Assembly: GCF_000195955.2 (NCBI RefSeq) | Contig: NC_000962.3 | Location: 2,430,001 to 2,462,000, forward strand | DNA length: 32,000 nucleotides | Direction of reading: 5' to 3' | DNA from: Mycobacterium tuberculosis H37Rv | GTDB lineage: Bacteria > Actinomycetota > Actinomycetes > Mycobacteriales > Mycobacteriaceae | The notes under the pieces: generated by a model | What the model was told of the DNA's origin: nothing | The model's input: only the letters and a program-made list of their open reading frames with translations | The model's database searches: none | In this document: one piece after another, positions 1 to 9,281 of the stretch | Numbering within the stretch: position 1 is the stretch's first letter | Layout: every line of letters starts with the position of its first letter | Position numbers and translations under genes: made by a program

Positions 1-30
1 GACCTCAGAAAACCGCATGTCGCCGGGCAA

Positions 31-69
31 ATGGGTGGCAAGTGGGGCCAAGTGGGGCACAACTGGGGC
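31..69. promoter_or_regulatory. Four phased direct repeats TGGG(T/G) with a 10-11 bp period; candidate MraZ-type operator or G4-prone tract
   Basis: TGGGT at 32-36 and TGGGG at 43-47, 53-57 and 64-68. A perfect tandem 10-mer caagtggggc occurs at 39-48 and 49-58. The function is inferred only. Confidence 0.3.
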
Positions 70-116
70 TCAAACCGGACTCAATATCGCCGACAGCCGG
101 TGACGACCCGGCTGGG

Positions 117-144
117 TGAACCGCCCCGGTGAGTCCGGAGACTC
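117..144. repeat. IS6110 28-bp terminal inverted repeat (3'/right end of the element)
   Basis: It is the reverse complement of 1444-1471 except for 3 central mismatches (tga versus cat). Confidence 0.95.
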
Positions 145-158
145 TCTGATCTGAGACC

Positions 159-1043
159 TCAGCCGGCGGCTGGTCTCTGGCGTTGAGCGTAGTAGGCAGC
201 CTCGAGTTCGACCGGCGGGACGTCGCCGCAGTACTGGTAGAGGCGGCGATGGTTGAACCAGTCGACCCAGCGCGCGGTGGCCAACTCGACATCCTCGATG
301 GACCGCCAGGGCTTGCCGGGTTTGATCAGCTCGGTCTTGTATAGGCCGTTGATCGTCTCGGCTAGTGCATTGTCATAGGAGCTTCCGACCGCTCCGACCG
401 ACGGTTGGATGCCTGCCTCGGCGAGCCGCTCGCTGAACCGGATCGATGTGTACTGAGATCCCCTATCCGTATGGTGGATAACGTCTTTCAGGTCGAGTAC
501 GCCTTCTTGTTGGCGGGTCCAGATGGCTTGCTCGATCGCGTCGAGGACCATGGAGGTGGCCATCGTGGAAGCGACCCGCCAGCCCAGGATCCTGCGAGCG
601 TAGGCGTCGGTGACAAAGGCCACGTAGGCGAACCCTGCCCAGGTCGACACATAGGTGAGGTCTGCTACCCACAGCCGGTTAGGTGCTGGTGGTCCGAAGC
701 GGCGCTGGACGAGATCGGCGGGACGGGCTGTGGCCGGATCAGCGATCGTGGTCCTGCGGGCTTTGCCGCGGGTGGTCCCGGACAGGCCGAGTTTGGTCAT
801 CAGCCGTTCGACGGTGCATCTGGCCACCTCGATGCCCTCACGGTTCAGGGTTAGCCACACTTTGCGGGCACCGTAAACACCGTAGTTGGCGGCGTGGACG
901 CGGCTGATGTGCTCCTTGAGTTCGCCATCGCGCAGCTCGCGGCGGCTGGGCTCCCGGTTGATGTGGTCGTAGTAGGTCGATGGGGCGATCGGCACACCCA
1001 GCTCGGTCAGCTGTGTGCAGATCGACTCGACACCCCACCGCAA
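159..1043 (-). CDS. IS6110 transposase OrfB (rve/DDE integrase core), normally made as an OrfAB fusion
   Basis: The 294-aa ORF carries the IS3-type catalytic region (HHTDRGSQYTS ... SYDNALAETINGLYKTEL). The same frame stays open upstream to the slippery site at 1142-1148, in the -1 frame relative to OrfA. Confidence 0.93.
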   Translation of the reverse strand: MRWGVESICTQLTELGVPIAPSTYYDHINREPSRRELRDGELKEHISRVHAANYGVYGARKVWLTLNREGIEVARCTVERLMTKLGLSGTTRGKARRTTIADPATARPADLVQRRFGPPAPNRLWVADLTYVSTWAGFAYVAFVTDAYARRILGWRVASTMATSMVLDAIEQAIWTRQQEGVLDLKDVIHHTDRGSQYTSIRFSERLAEAGIQPSVGAVGSSYDNALAETINGLYKTELIKPGKPWRSIEDVELATARWVDWFNHRRLYQYCGDVPPVELEAAYYAQRQRPAAG

Positions 1044-1093
1044 ACCATCGGGGCCCTCGCGGTGGCCCTGATGATCGGCGATGAACCGGGTAA

Positions 1094-1420
1094 TTAGCGT
1101 GCTGGCCGGTCGAGCTCGGCCGCGAAGAAAGCCGACGCGGTCTTTAAAATCGCGTTCGCCCTTCGCAATTCGGCGTTGTCCCGCCGCAAGCGCTTCAGCT
1201 CAGCGGATTCTTCGGTCGTGGTCCCGGGCCGTGCGCCGGCATCGACCTGCGCCTGGCGCACCCACTTACGCACCGTCTCCGCGCAGCCAACACCAAGTAG
1301 ACGGGCGACCTCACTGATCGCTGCCCACTCCGAATCGTGCTGACCGCGGATCTCTGCGACCATCCGCACCGCCCGCTCACGCAGCTCCGGCGGGTACCTC
1401 CTCGATGAACCACCTGACAT
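1094..1420 (-). CDS. IS6110 OrfA (IS3-type HTH DNA-binding protein, 108 aa)
   Basis: ATG at 1420. The product MSGGSSRRYPPELRERAVRMV... is the typical IS3 OrfA. It ends just after the frameshift window. Confidence 0.93.
   Translation of the reverse strand: MSGGSSRRYPPELRERAVRMVAEIRGQHDSEWAAISEVARLLGVGCAETVRKWVRQAQVDAGARPGTTTEESAELKRLRRDNAELRRANAILKTASAFFAAELDRPAR
1142..1148 (-). promoter_or_regulatory. -1 programmed ribosomal frameshift heptamer U UUA AAG of IS6110
   Basis: The minus strand reads att tta aag in the OrfA frame (ILK). Slipping -1 enters the OrfB frame (ttt aaa gac ...), which reads through to RWGVESICTQ. Confidence 0.8.
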
Positions 1421-1443
1421 GACCCCATCCTTTCCAAGAACTG

Positions 1444-1471
1444 GAGTCTCCGGACATGCCGGGGCGGTTCA
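1444..1471. repeat. IS6110 28-bp terminal inverted repeat (5'/left end of the element)
   Basis: It pairs with 117-144 with 3 mismatches. Confidence 0.95.
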
Positions 1472-1510
1472 GGGGCTTCCCGAGACTGCGATTCCCAAAC
1501 GATGACGCCC

Positions 1511-1545
1511 AAACAAAAAGCGGGACCGCCGATGGCTGCCCCGCT
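1511..1545 (-). terminator. Intrinsic terminator downstream of the DUF3040 gene
   Basis: The minus strand reads agcggggcagcc-atc-ggcggtcccgct, a 12-bp stem with 2 mismatches, followed by tttttgttt. It starts 20 nt after the stop codon at 1565-1567. Confidence 0.6.
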
Positions 1546-1564
1546 GCCGCTGGTTGCGTTCGGC

Positions 1565-1969
1565 TTACTCGTCGAAGCGGCGCCGGAACCGATCTTCCAT
1601 ACGGCTGGTGAATGAGCCCCCGGCCCCCTTGGTACGACGCTGGCGCGAAGCCCCAGCAGCCGATCCGCCACGATCCATCCTGCCGGACAACCGAGGACCG
1701 GTGATGGCATACACCACACCACCGAACATCACGACAAAACCGAAAACGCTGAGTATCGGGAAACTTCCGATCATGGTCTCTTTGAACGCCACGCCGGAAA
1801 CCAACATCCCCAGACCGATGATGAACAACGCCGCGCCCTGCAGGCGCCGCCGCGCGGTCGGTGCGCGGAAGCCCCCGCCACGGACACTCGATGCGAACTT
1901 GGGATCTTCGGCGTAGAGAGCGCTCTCGATCTGGTCAAGCATCCGCTGCTCATGATCGGAGAGTGGCAT
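1565..1969 (-). CDS. DUF3040-family small membrane protein (Rv2169c-like, 134 aa)
   Basis: The N-terminus MPLSDHEQRMLDQIESALYAEDPKF is typical of DUF3040. There are two hydrophobic helices, and the C-terminus is Arg-rich. Confidence 0.85.
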   Translation of the reverse strand: MPLSDHEQRMLDQIESALYAEDPKFASSVRGGGFRAPTARRRLQGAALFIIGLGMLVSGVAFKETMIGSFPILSVFGFVVMFGGVVYAITGPRLSGRMDRGGSAAGASRQRRTKGAGGSFTSRMEDRFRRRFDE

Positions 1970-2234
1970 GCGTCCCTCCTTGCCGACAGACTGTCACGTA
2001 ATACCGATAACACGCGGATGCCCATTGCGCGGGCAACTAACTCAGATGATACGAGGTCAATCTGCGCCGTACCACTGGTTCGCGGGCGATTCTATCCCGG
2101 CGGCGCCGCAGCGACGAGCTGAGCGGAAACGGCCATACGCTACAAGCCCCGTCCAGCGCGGGCGGCCTCATCGGCTTGTCCGATACTGGTGCGCAAGCAC
2201 GCATCGGTTCATCACATGAGGAGGACACCGCGCG

Positions 2235-2855
2235 TTGGCGATATTCCTCATCGATCTGCCGCCCAGCGATATGGAGCGCCGCCTCGGTGATGCCCTGACG
2301 GTGTATGTCGACGCGATGCGCTACCCCAGGGGCACCGAGACTTTGCGCGCCCCAATGTGGCTGGAGCACATCCGGCGGCGCGGCTGGCAGGCGGTCGCGG
2401 CCGTCGAGGTAACGGCAGCCGAACAGGCCGAGGCCGCCGACACCACGGCGCTGCCGTCGGCCGCCGAACTGAGCAACGCGCCAATGCTCGGAGTGGCGTA
2501 CGGCTATCCCGGGGCGCCCGGCCAGTGGTGGCAACAGCAGGTGGTACTGGGCTTGCAACGCAGCGGCTTTCCGCGCCTAGCGATCGCCCGACTGATGACC
2601 AGCTACTTCGAGTTGACTGAATTGCACATCCTTCCCCGCGCTCAAGGCCGTGGCCTCGGGGAGGCGTTGGCCCGCCGACTGCTAGCCGGTCGCGACGAGG
2701 ACAACGTCCTGCTCTCCACACCGGAGACCAACGGTGAGGACAATCGGGCGTGGCGGTTGTACCGCCGGTTGGGCTTCACCGACATCATCCGCGGCTACCA
2801 CTTCGCCGGTGACCCCCGAGCATTCGCCATCCTGGGTCGCACGCTACCGCTCTAA
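2235..2855 (+). CDS. GNAT family N-acetyltransferase (Rv2170-like, 206 aa)
   Basis: TTG start at 2235, preceded by GAGGAGGA at 2218-2225. The acetyl-CoA motif region is LHILPRAQGRGLGEALARRLL. The C-terminal part WRLYRRLGF is GNAT-like. Confidence 0.85.
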   Translation: MAIFLIDLPPSDMERRLGDALTVYVDAMRYPRGTETLRAPMWLEHIRRRGWQAVAAVEVTAAEQAEAADTTALPSAAELSNAPMLGVAYGYPGAPGQWWQQQVVLGLQRSGFPRLAIARLMTSYFELTELHILPRAQGRGLGEALARRLLAGRDEDNVLLSTPETNGEDNRAWRLYRRLGFTDIIRGYHFAGDPRAFAILGRTLPL

Positions 2856-2950
2856 CCCGCGCCCGACAGCTTGCCGACGCGGCATGCCCGGTCTGGCACG
2901 ATGACCTGGTGCGCGCTAGCTATGCCCCACCGTCATCCCAAGGATCGCGA

Positions 2951-3634
2951 GTGGCAAGGACCCGACGGCGCGGCATGCTGGCCATCGCGATGTTGCTGAT
3001 GCTGGTGCCTCTGGCTACCGGATGCCTGCGGGTCCGAGCCTCGATCACCATCTCGCCGGATGACCTGGTGTCCGGGGAGATCATCGCCGCGGCCAAGCCG
3101 AAAAACAGCAAAGACACCGGCCCTGCGCTCGATGGCGATGTGCCGTTCAGCCAGAAGGTTGCGGTCTCGAACTACGACAGCGACGGCTACGTGGGGTCGC
3201 AAGCAGTGTTTTCCGATTTGACCTTTGCCGAGCTGCCCCAGTTGGCCAATATGAACTCCGACGCCGCCGGAGTGAACCTGTCACTGCGCCGAAACGGCAA
3301 CATCGTGATCCTGGAAGGCCGAGCGGATCTGACATCGGTATCCGATCCCGACGCCGACGTCGAGTTGACCGTCGCCTTCCCCGCAGCAGTGACTTCCACC
3401 AACGGCGACCGCATCGAGCCCGAGGTAGTGCAGTGGAAGCTCAAGCCGGGCGTGGTGAGCACGATGAGCGCACAGGCTCGTTATACCGATCCCAACACCC
3501 GGTCGTTCACCGGAGCCGGCATCTGGCTGGGCATCGCCGCGTTCGCGGCCGCCGGTGTGGTGGCCGTGCTGGCGTGGATCGACCGGGACCGCTCCCCACG
3601 GTTGACCGCTTCGGGCGACCCGCCAACCAGCTAG
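2951..3634 (+). CDS. lppM: Lipoprotein LppM
   Basis: The signal peptide has the lipobox LATGC (MLAIAMLLMLVPLATGC). There is a C-terminal hydrophobic helix GIWLGIAAFAAAGVVAVLAWI. I chose the GTG start at 2951; the longest ORF starts at 2909. Confidence 0.85.
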   Translation: MARTRRRGMLAIAMLLMLVPLATGCLRVRASITISPDDLVSGEIIAAAKPKNSKDTGPALDGDVPFSQKVAVSNYDSDGYVGSQAVFSDLTFAELPQLANMNSDAAGVNLSLRRNGNIVILEGRADLTSVSDPDADVELTVAFPAAVTSTNGDRIEPEVVQWKLKPGVVSTMSAQARYTDPNTRSFTGAGIWLGIAAFAAAGVVAVLAWIDRDRSPRLTASGDPPTS

Positions 3635-4536
3635 TCCGGCTTGCCCGGCTCGGCAGGTGACCAGTAGGCAAGCATTTCCGCGAAGGTCTCGAAAGCCGCG
3701 GCCGAAACGCCATACGTCGCCTCGAGATGGATGCTTAGCGGAAAACCCAGATCGGCGACGCCGTCTAGCACACGCTTGTACAAGTCGACCATGAGCCGGC
3801 GCCGCCGTGCGGGTTCACTGCCGGCCAACTTCTGCACGAACGCCTGCTCGTCGGCCACCGCGGCGTTTCCCGGGTCCTGGATCAGCCAGTTGATCAGGCC
3901 GATGCGGGTCTCGACCTTCGGGACAAAGCCGAACGACAGCAGAATCTCGGGTCGGTGTTCGGTGGTCCTGGCGAACTCGCGCAGGAAGCCCACGATCGCG
4001 TCGGAATACAACAGCTGGGTCATGCCGTAGGTTGCGCCCCGACTGCACTTGAAATTGAGCCGGCCCTGCTCGCCGTCTCGGGTGGGGATCACGATCACAC
4101 CACGGTTGGCCACCAGCTGGCGATACAGCGACAGGGCATCCGTCGGCGCGACTCCGGAGCCCTCGCCGTCCTGCATCGTGCGCGGTACACCGACGAATAC
4201 GATGCCCTCCATGCCGGCATCGGACAGATCGACCAGCCGCCGGTGCAACGATGGCTCGTCCATGAACGCGGTTACCTGCGTACACAGGCCATGGACTCCC
4301 GCCAACTCCGGTTTGATGATCGACCAGAAATCGAGTACATCCAGCTTCGGCTGCATCGGGATGGGCCTATCGTCATCCTCGGCGATCATCCCCGGCATCA
4401 TTACGTGCCGTATCCGGCCGTCAAGCCCGGATGCAGCCGAGTACTGCACCACCTTGCGAGCATCTTCGATTGCCCGCTCCTTGCCACCCTCGAGGTTCGG
4501 TGGCACCAGCTCCAGCGCGATCGTGTTGAGGGTCAC
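3631..4536 (-). CDS. Non-canonical methylenetetrahydrofolate reductase-like protein (Rv2172c-like)
   Basis: A long ORF with strong coding bias. I recognise the product as the Rv2172c family, reported as a flavin-independent MTHFR. I chose the GTG start at 4536 (VTLNTIALELVPPN); the longest ORF reaches 4611. Confidence 0.75.
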   Translation of the reverse strand: MTLNTIALELVPPNLEGGKERAIEDARKVVQYSAASGLDGRIRHVMMPGMIAEDDDRPIPMQPKLDVLDFWSIIKPELAGVHGLCTQVTAFMDEPSLHRRLVDLSDAGMEGIVFVGVPRTMQDGEGSGVAPTDALSLYRQLVANRGVIVIPTRDGEQGRLNFKCSRGATYGMTQLLYSDAIVGFLREFARTTEHRPEILLSFGFVPKVETRIGLINWLIQDPGNAAVADEQAFVQKLAGSEPARRRRLMVDLYKRVLDGVADLGFPLSIHLEATYGVSAAAFETFAEMLAYWSPAEPGKPD

Positions 4537-4792
4537 ACGGCTCCTCTTCGTCAAACGAGTACTTCCATGGCCGCCAATGGGGCCACCGGTGGGCCGCGCC
4601 GCGTCGCGCAAATCGCCATCCTGGGCCGGGCCGGACCAGCCAACCCAAGGGCGCTGAAGACAGCATAAACACGAAATAGTCAGTTAGTCGAAGCAACTTG
4701 TGTGGTTTCCGCGAGCCCACCCGCCGAATCATCGATAGCGGCCACTCGCGCCGGCGCGGAATACACTGTCGGGCCATAGGCACGCCAAATGA

Positions 4793-5905
<1,113 letters not shown>

Positions 5906-5908
5906 CCG

Positions 5909-7459
5909 ATGACTACTCCGAGCCATGCTCCAGCGGTTGATTTGGCTACAGCGAAAGATGCTGTTGTCCAACACCTTTCGCGACTTTTCGAGTTCACTAC
6001 CGGTCCGCAGGGCGGACCGGCGCGGCTGGGCTTCGCCGGCGCGGTGCTGATCACCGCAGGCGGGCTGGGAGCCGGCAGCGTCCGCCAACATGACCCGCTG
6101 CTGGAGTCGATTCACATGTCCTGGCTGCGCTTCGGCCACGGACTCGTGCTGTCGTCGATTCTGTTGTGGACAGGTGTGGGTGTGATGCTGCTTGCGTGGC
6201 TGGGTCTAGGCCGACGGGTCCTCGCCGGCGAAGCCACCGAGTTCACCATGCGGGCAACCACCGTTATCTGGCTGGCGCCGCTACTGCTGTCGGTGCCCGT
6301 CTTCAGCCGGGACACTTACTCGTATCTGGCCCAAGGGGCGCTTCTGCGCGACGGTCTGGATCCTTACGCTGTTGGCCCGGTCGGTAATCCCAATGCGCTG
6401 CTGGACGACGTAAGCCCGATCTGGACGATCACCACCGCGCCCTACGGTCCTGCGTTCATTCTGGTTGCGAAGTTCGTCACGGTAATCGTCGGCAACAATG
6501 TCGTCGCCGGAACCATGCTGTTGCGTTTGTGCATGCTGCCCGGGCTGGCGTTGCTGGTCTGGGCCACTCCACGCTTGGCCAGCCATCTCGGCACCCACGG
6601 CCCGACCGCGCTGTGGATCTGCGTGCTGAACCCACTGGTCCTCATCCATCTGATGGGCGGGGTGCACAACGAGATGCTGATGGTGGGTCTGATGACCGCC
6701 GGTATCGCGTTGACCGTCCAGGGCCGTAATGTCGCGGGGATCATCCTGATCACCGTTGCGATCGCGGTGAAGGCCACCGCCGGAATCGCGTTGCCCTTCT
6801 TGGTCTGGGTTTGGCTGCGTCATCTGCGTGAGCGACGGGGGTACCGGCCGGTCCAGGCGTTCCTGGCAGCCGCCGCGATATCGCTGCTGATCTTCGTCGC
6901 GGTGTTCGCGGTGCTGTCTGCGGTAGCCGGCGTTGGCCTAGGGTGGCTGACCGCGCTGGCCGGCTCGGTGAAAATCATCAACTGGCTGACGGTGCCCACC
7001 GGGGCGGCCAACGTGATCCACGCGCTGGGCAGAGGGCTCTTCACGGTCGACTTCTACACCTTGCTGCGGATCACCCGGCTGATCGGAATCGTGATCATCG
7101 CGGTGTCGCTGCCGCTGTTGTGGTGGCGGTTCCGGCGCGACGACCGGGCCGCGCTGACCGGGGTCGCATGGTCGATGCTGATCGTGGTGCTGTTCGTACC
7201 CGCCGCCCTGCCGTGGTACTACTCCTGGCCGCTGGCGGTCGCTGCCCCGTTGGCCCAGGCACGACGGGCGATCGCGGCCATCGCCGGGCTCTCGACTTGG
7301 GTGATGGTGATCTTCAAACCCGACGGATCGCACGGGATGTATTCGTGGCTGCACTTCTGGATCGCCACCGCCTGCGCACTGACTGCGTGGTATGTCCTGT
7401 ATCGGTCACCGGACCGGCGCGGAGTGCAGGCTGCAACCCCGGTGGTCAATACGCCATAG
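5909..7459 (+). CDS. mptA: Polytopic GT-C alpha(1->6) mannosyltransferase for the LM/LAM mannan core
   Basis: A 516-aa multi-TM protein that starts 3 nt after the idsA2 stop. I recognise it as the Rv2174 sequence. Confidence 0.9.
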   Translation: MTTPSHAPAVDLATAKDAVVQHLSRLFEFTTGPQGGPARLGFAGAVLITAGGLGAGSVRQHDPLLESIHMSWLRFGHGLVLSSILLWTGVGVMLLAWLGLGRRVLAGEATEFTMRATTVIWLAPLLLSVPVFSRDTYSYLAQGALLRDGLDPYAVGPVGNPNALLDDVSPIWTITTAPYGPAFILVAKFVTVIVGNNVVAGTMLLRLCMLPGLALLVWATPRLASHLGTHGPTALWICVLNPLVLIHLMGGVHNEMLMVGLMTAGIALTVQGRNVAGIILITVAIAVKATAGIALPFLVWVWLRHLRERRGYRPVQAFLAAAAISLLIFVAVFAVLSAVAGVGLGWLTALAGSVKIINWLTVPTGAANVIHALGRGLFTVDFYTLLRITRLIGIVIIAVSLPLLWWRFRRDDRAALTGVAWSMLIVVLFVPAALPWYYSWPLAVAAPLAQARRAIAAIAGLSTWVMVIFKPDGSHGMYSWLHFWIATACALTAWYVLYRSPDRRGVQAATPVVNTP

Positions 7460-7886
7460 CCTGGGCCCGGCGCACCACCTCGCGAGCCTGGTGGGCATGC
7501 AATGCATCGACGGGACGGGCGTTGCTGACGGCGTCACGCGAGCCGTCGCGGGTGATGGTCAGCGACGGATCGGGGGTAAACAGCCAGCGCATAATCTCGG
7601 TGTCGCGATAGCCCCCGTCGTGCAGGATGGTCAACAGCCCCGGCAGGCTCTTGACCACCTGACCGGAGTTGGTGAAGAAGACCTGAGGGATCACCACGCC
7701 ACCAGCGCGCCGCACGGCCACCAGATGACCTTCCCGCAGCTGCTGGGCCACCTTGCTGACCGGAACGCCGAGCAGCTCGGCGACCCGGGGCAGGTCGTAC
7801 GTCGGTTCGTCAGGGTCCAAAACGTCATCGCCAGCGGGAATGCTGCCCACCCGCGCAAGTGTAGAGCCTGGTGCGCGGCCAGGCAT
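7446..7886 (-). CDS. HTH DNA-binding protein, PknL substrate (Rv2175c-like)
   Basis: The excisionase/MerR-like HTH is YDLPRVAELLGVPVSKVAQQLREGHLVAV. It is divergent from pknL. I chose the ATG at 7886; the longest ORF starts at 7910. Confidence 0.85.
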   Translation of the reverse strand: MPGRAPGSTLARVGSIPAGDDVLDPDEPTYDLPRVAELLGVPVSKVAQQLREGHLVAVRRAGGVVIPQVFFTNSGQVVKSLPGLLTILHDGGYRDTEIMRWLFTPDPSLTITRDGSRDAVSNARPVDALHAHQAREVVRRAQAMAY

Positions 7887-7940
7887 GCGCGTTAGGCTTC
7901 CGTTCTGCATCCAATCGCGGCGGCCACCTACGATGACCCC

Positions 7941-9140
7941 GTGGTCGAAGCTGGCACGAGGGACCCGTTGGAGAGCGCGCTGCTGGACAGCCGCTATCTG
8001 GTCCAGGCCAAGATCGCCAGCGGCGGCACCTCGACGGTCTACCGGGGCCTGGATGTCCGACTCGACCGGCCCGTCGCGCTGAAAGTGATGGATTCTCGCT
8101 ACGCGGGCGATGAACAGTTTCTGACCCGCTTTCGACTGGAGGCCCGTGCGGTTGCCCGGCTAAATAACCGCGCGCTGGTCGCGGTCTACGACCAGGGCAA
8201 AGACGGCAGGCACCCGTTTCTGGTGATGGAGCTCATCGAGGGCGGTACCCTGCGCGAGCTGCTGATAGAACGTGGTCCCATGCCGCCACATGCCGTTGTG
8301 GCGGTGCTGCGCCCAGTGCTTGGCGGGCTGGCTGCCGCCCATCGAGCCGGTCTGGTGCATCGCGATGTCAAGCCCGAGAACATCTTGATCTCCGACGACG
8401 GCGACGTCAAACTCGCCGATTTCGGGTTGGTCCGCGCGGTCGCCGCCGCTTCAATCACGTCTACCGGCGTCATCCTGGGTACCGCGGCCTACCTGTCCCC
8501 TGAGCAGGTCCGTGATGGAAACGCCGATCCTCGAAGCGACGTCTACTCTGTCGGCGTTCTGGTCTACGAGCTGCTAACGGGGCACACACCGTTCACCGGC
8601 GACTCGGCCTTGTCGATTGCCTACCAACGGCTTGATGCTGACGTGCCGCGTGCCAGTGCTGTAATCGACGGTGTACCGCCACAATTCGATGAGTTGGTGG
8701 CATGTGCAACTGCCCGCAACCCTGCCGACCGATACGCCGATGCGATCGCGATGGGCGCCGATCTGGAGGCGATCGCCGAGGAGCTGGCCCTGCCTGAATT
8801 CCGGGTACCGGCGCCGCGCAACTCCGCTCAACACCGGTCGGCCGCGTTGTACCGCAGCCGGATTACCCAGCAAGGGCAGCTGGGTGCCAAACCGGTTCAC
8901 CACCCTACTCGCCAGCTGACTCGCCAACCCGGCGACTGCTCCGAGCCGGCTTCAGGGTCGGAGCCCGAACACGAGCCGATCACCGGCCAATTCGCCGGCA
9001 TCGCAATCGAGGAATTCATCTGGGCGCGACAGCACGCCCGTCGAATGGTGCTTGTCTGGGTGTCGGTGGTGCTGGCGATCACCGGGCTAGTGGCGTCCGC
9101 GGCATGGACGATCGGGAGCAACCTGAGCGGCCTGCTCTAA
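7941..9140 (+). CDS. pknL: Ser/Thr protein kinase PknL
   Basis: Hanks motifs are present: GGTSTVYRG, VALKV, HRDVKPENIL, DFG and SPE. There is a single C-terminal TM helix (VLVWVSVVLAITGLVASAAW) followed by only about 10 residues. Confidence 0.95.
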   Translation: MVEAGTRDPLESALLDSRYLVQAKIASGGTSTVYRGLDVRLDRPVALKVMDSRYAGDEQFLTRFRLEARAVARLNNRALVAVYDQGKDGRHPFLVMELIEGGTLRELLIERGPMPPHAVVAVLRPVLGGLAAAHRAGLVHRDVKPENILISDDGDVKLADFGLVRAVAAASITSTGVILGTAAYLSPEQVRDGNADPRSDVYSVGVLVYELLTGHTPFTGDSALSIAYQRLDADVPRASAVIDGVPPQFDELVACATARNPADRYADAIAMGADLEAIAEELALPEFRVPAPRNSAQHRSAALYRSRITQQGQLGAKPVHHPTRQLTRQPGDCSEPASGSEPEHEPITGQFAGIAIEEFIWARQHARRMVLVWVSVVLAITGLVASAAWTIGSNLSGLL

Positions 9141-9160
9141 GGCAGGCGAGCAGTCGCAAA

Positions 9161-9190
9161 AGCCCCCATTTCGGCACGAAAATGGGGGCT
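9161..9190. terminator. Perfect 11-bp stem-loop between the convergent pknL and the IS-relic transposase
   Basis: agcccccattt (9161-9171), an 8-nt loop, then aaatgggggct (9180-9190). On the minus strand it is followed by TTTG. On the plus strand there is no U-tract. Confidence 0.55.
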
Positions 9191-9281
9191 GGTACGTGAA
9201 TTAAGGTGACCACGGCAAGCGTGACCCGCCGGCGACTGCAGCGAAGCCGGGTCTGTTGGTGACAGTGTGTATGTCGGGGTT

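Larger units (their letters stand above)
117..1471 (-). mobile_element. IS6110: IS6110 (IS3 family), complete 1355-bp copy with the transposase on the minus strand
   Basis: The ends are tgaaccgccccggtgagtccggagactc (117-144) and gagtctccggacatgccggggcggttca (1444-1471). The internal layout is OrfA/OrfB with a slippery heptamer. GGG flanks both ends (114-116 and 1472-1474). Confidence 0.97.

Noticed and set aside
5-292. A 95-aa minus-strand ORF spanning the IS6110 end and its flank.
   Set aside because: It crosses the IS terminal repeat boundary and overlaps the 3' end of the transposase gene. The translation is low-complexity, and there is no start context.
1968-2219. An 83-aa plus-strand ORF in the divergent intergenic region between the DUF3040 and GNAT genes.
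   Set aside because: It has no RBS, a Pro/Arg-rich low-complexity translation, and only average coding bias. The region more likely holds the two divergent promoters.
9061-9068. Additional TGTCGGTG octamers: 9061-9068 (+, inside pknL), 18980-18987 (+, inside fadD15) and 2777-2784 (-, inside the GNAT gene).
   Set aside because: None is followed by a TANNNT hexamer after 8 nt (the hexamers are gatcac, gttcga and ccggcg). All three are intragenic, so they are treated as chance occurrences.
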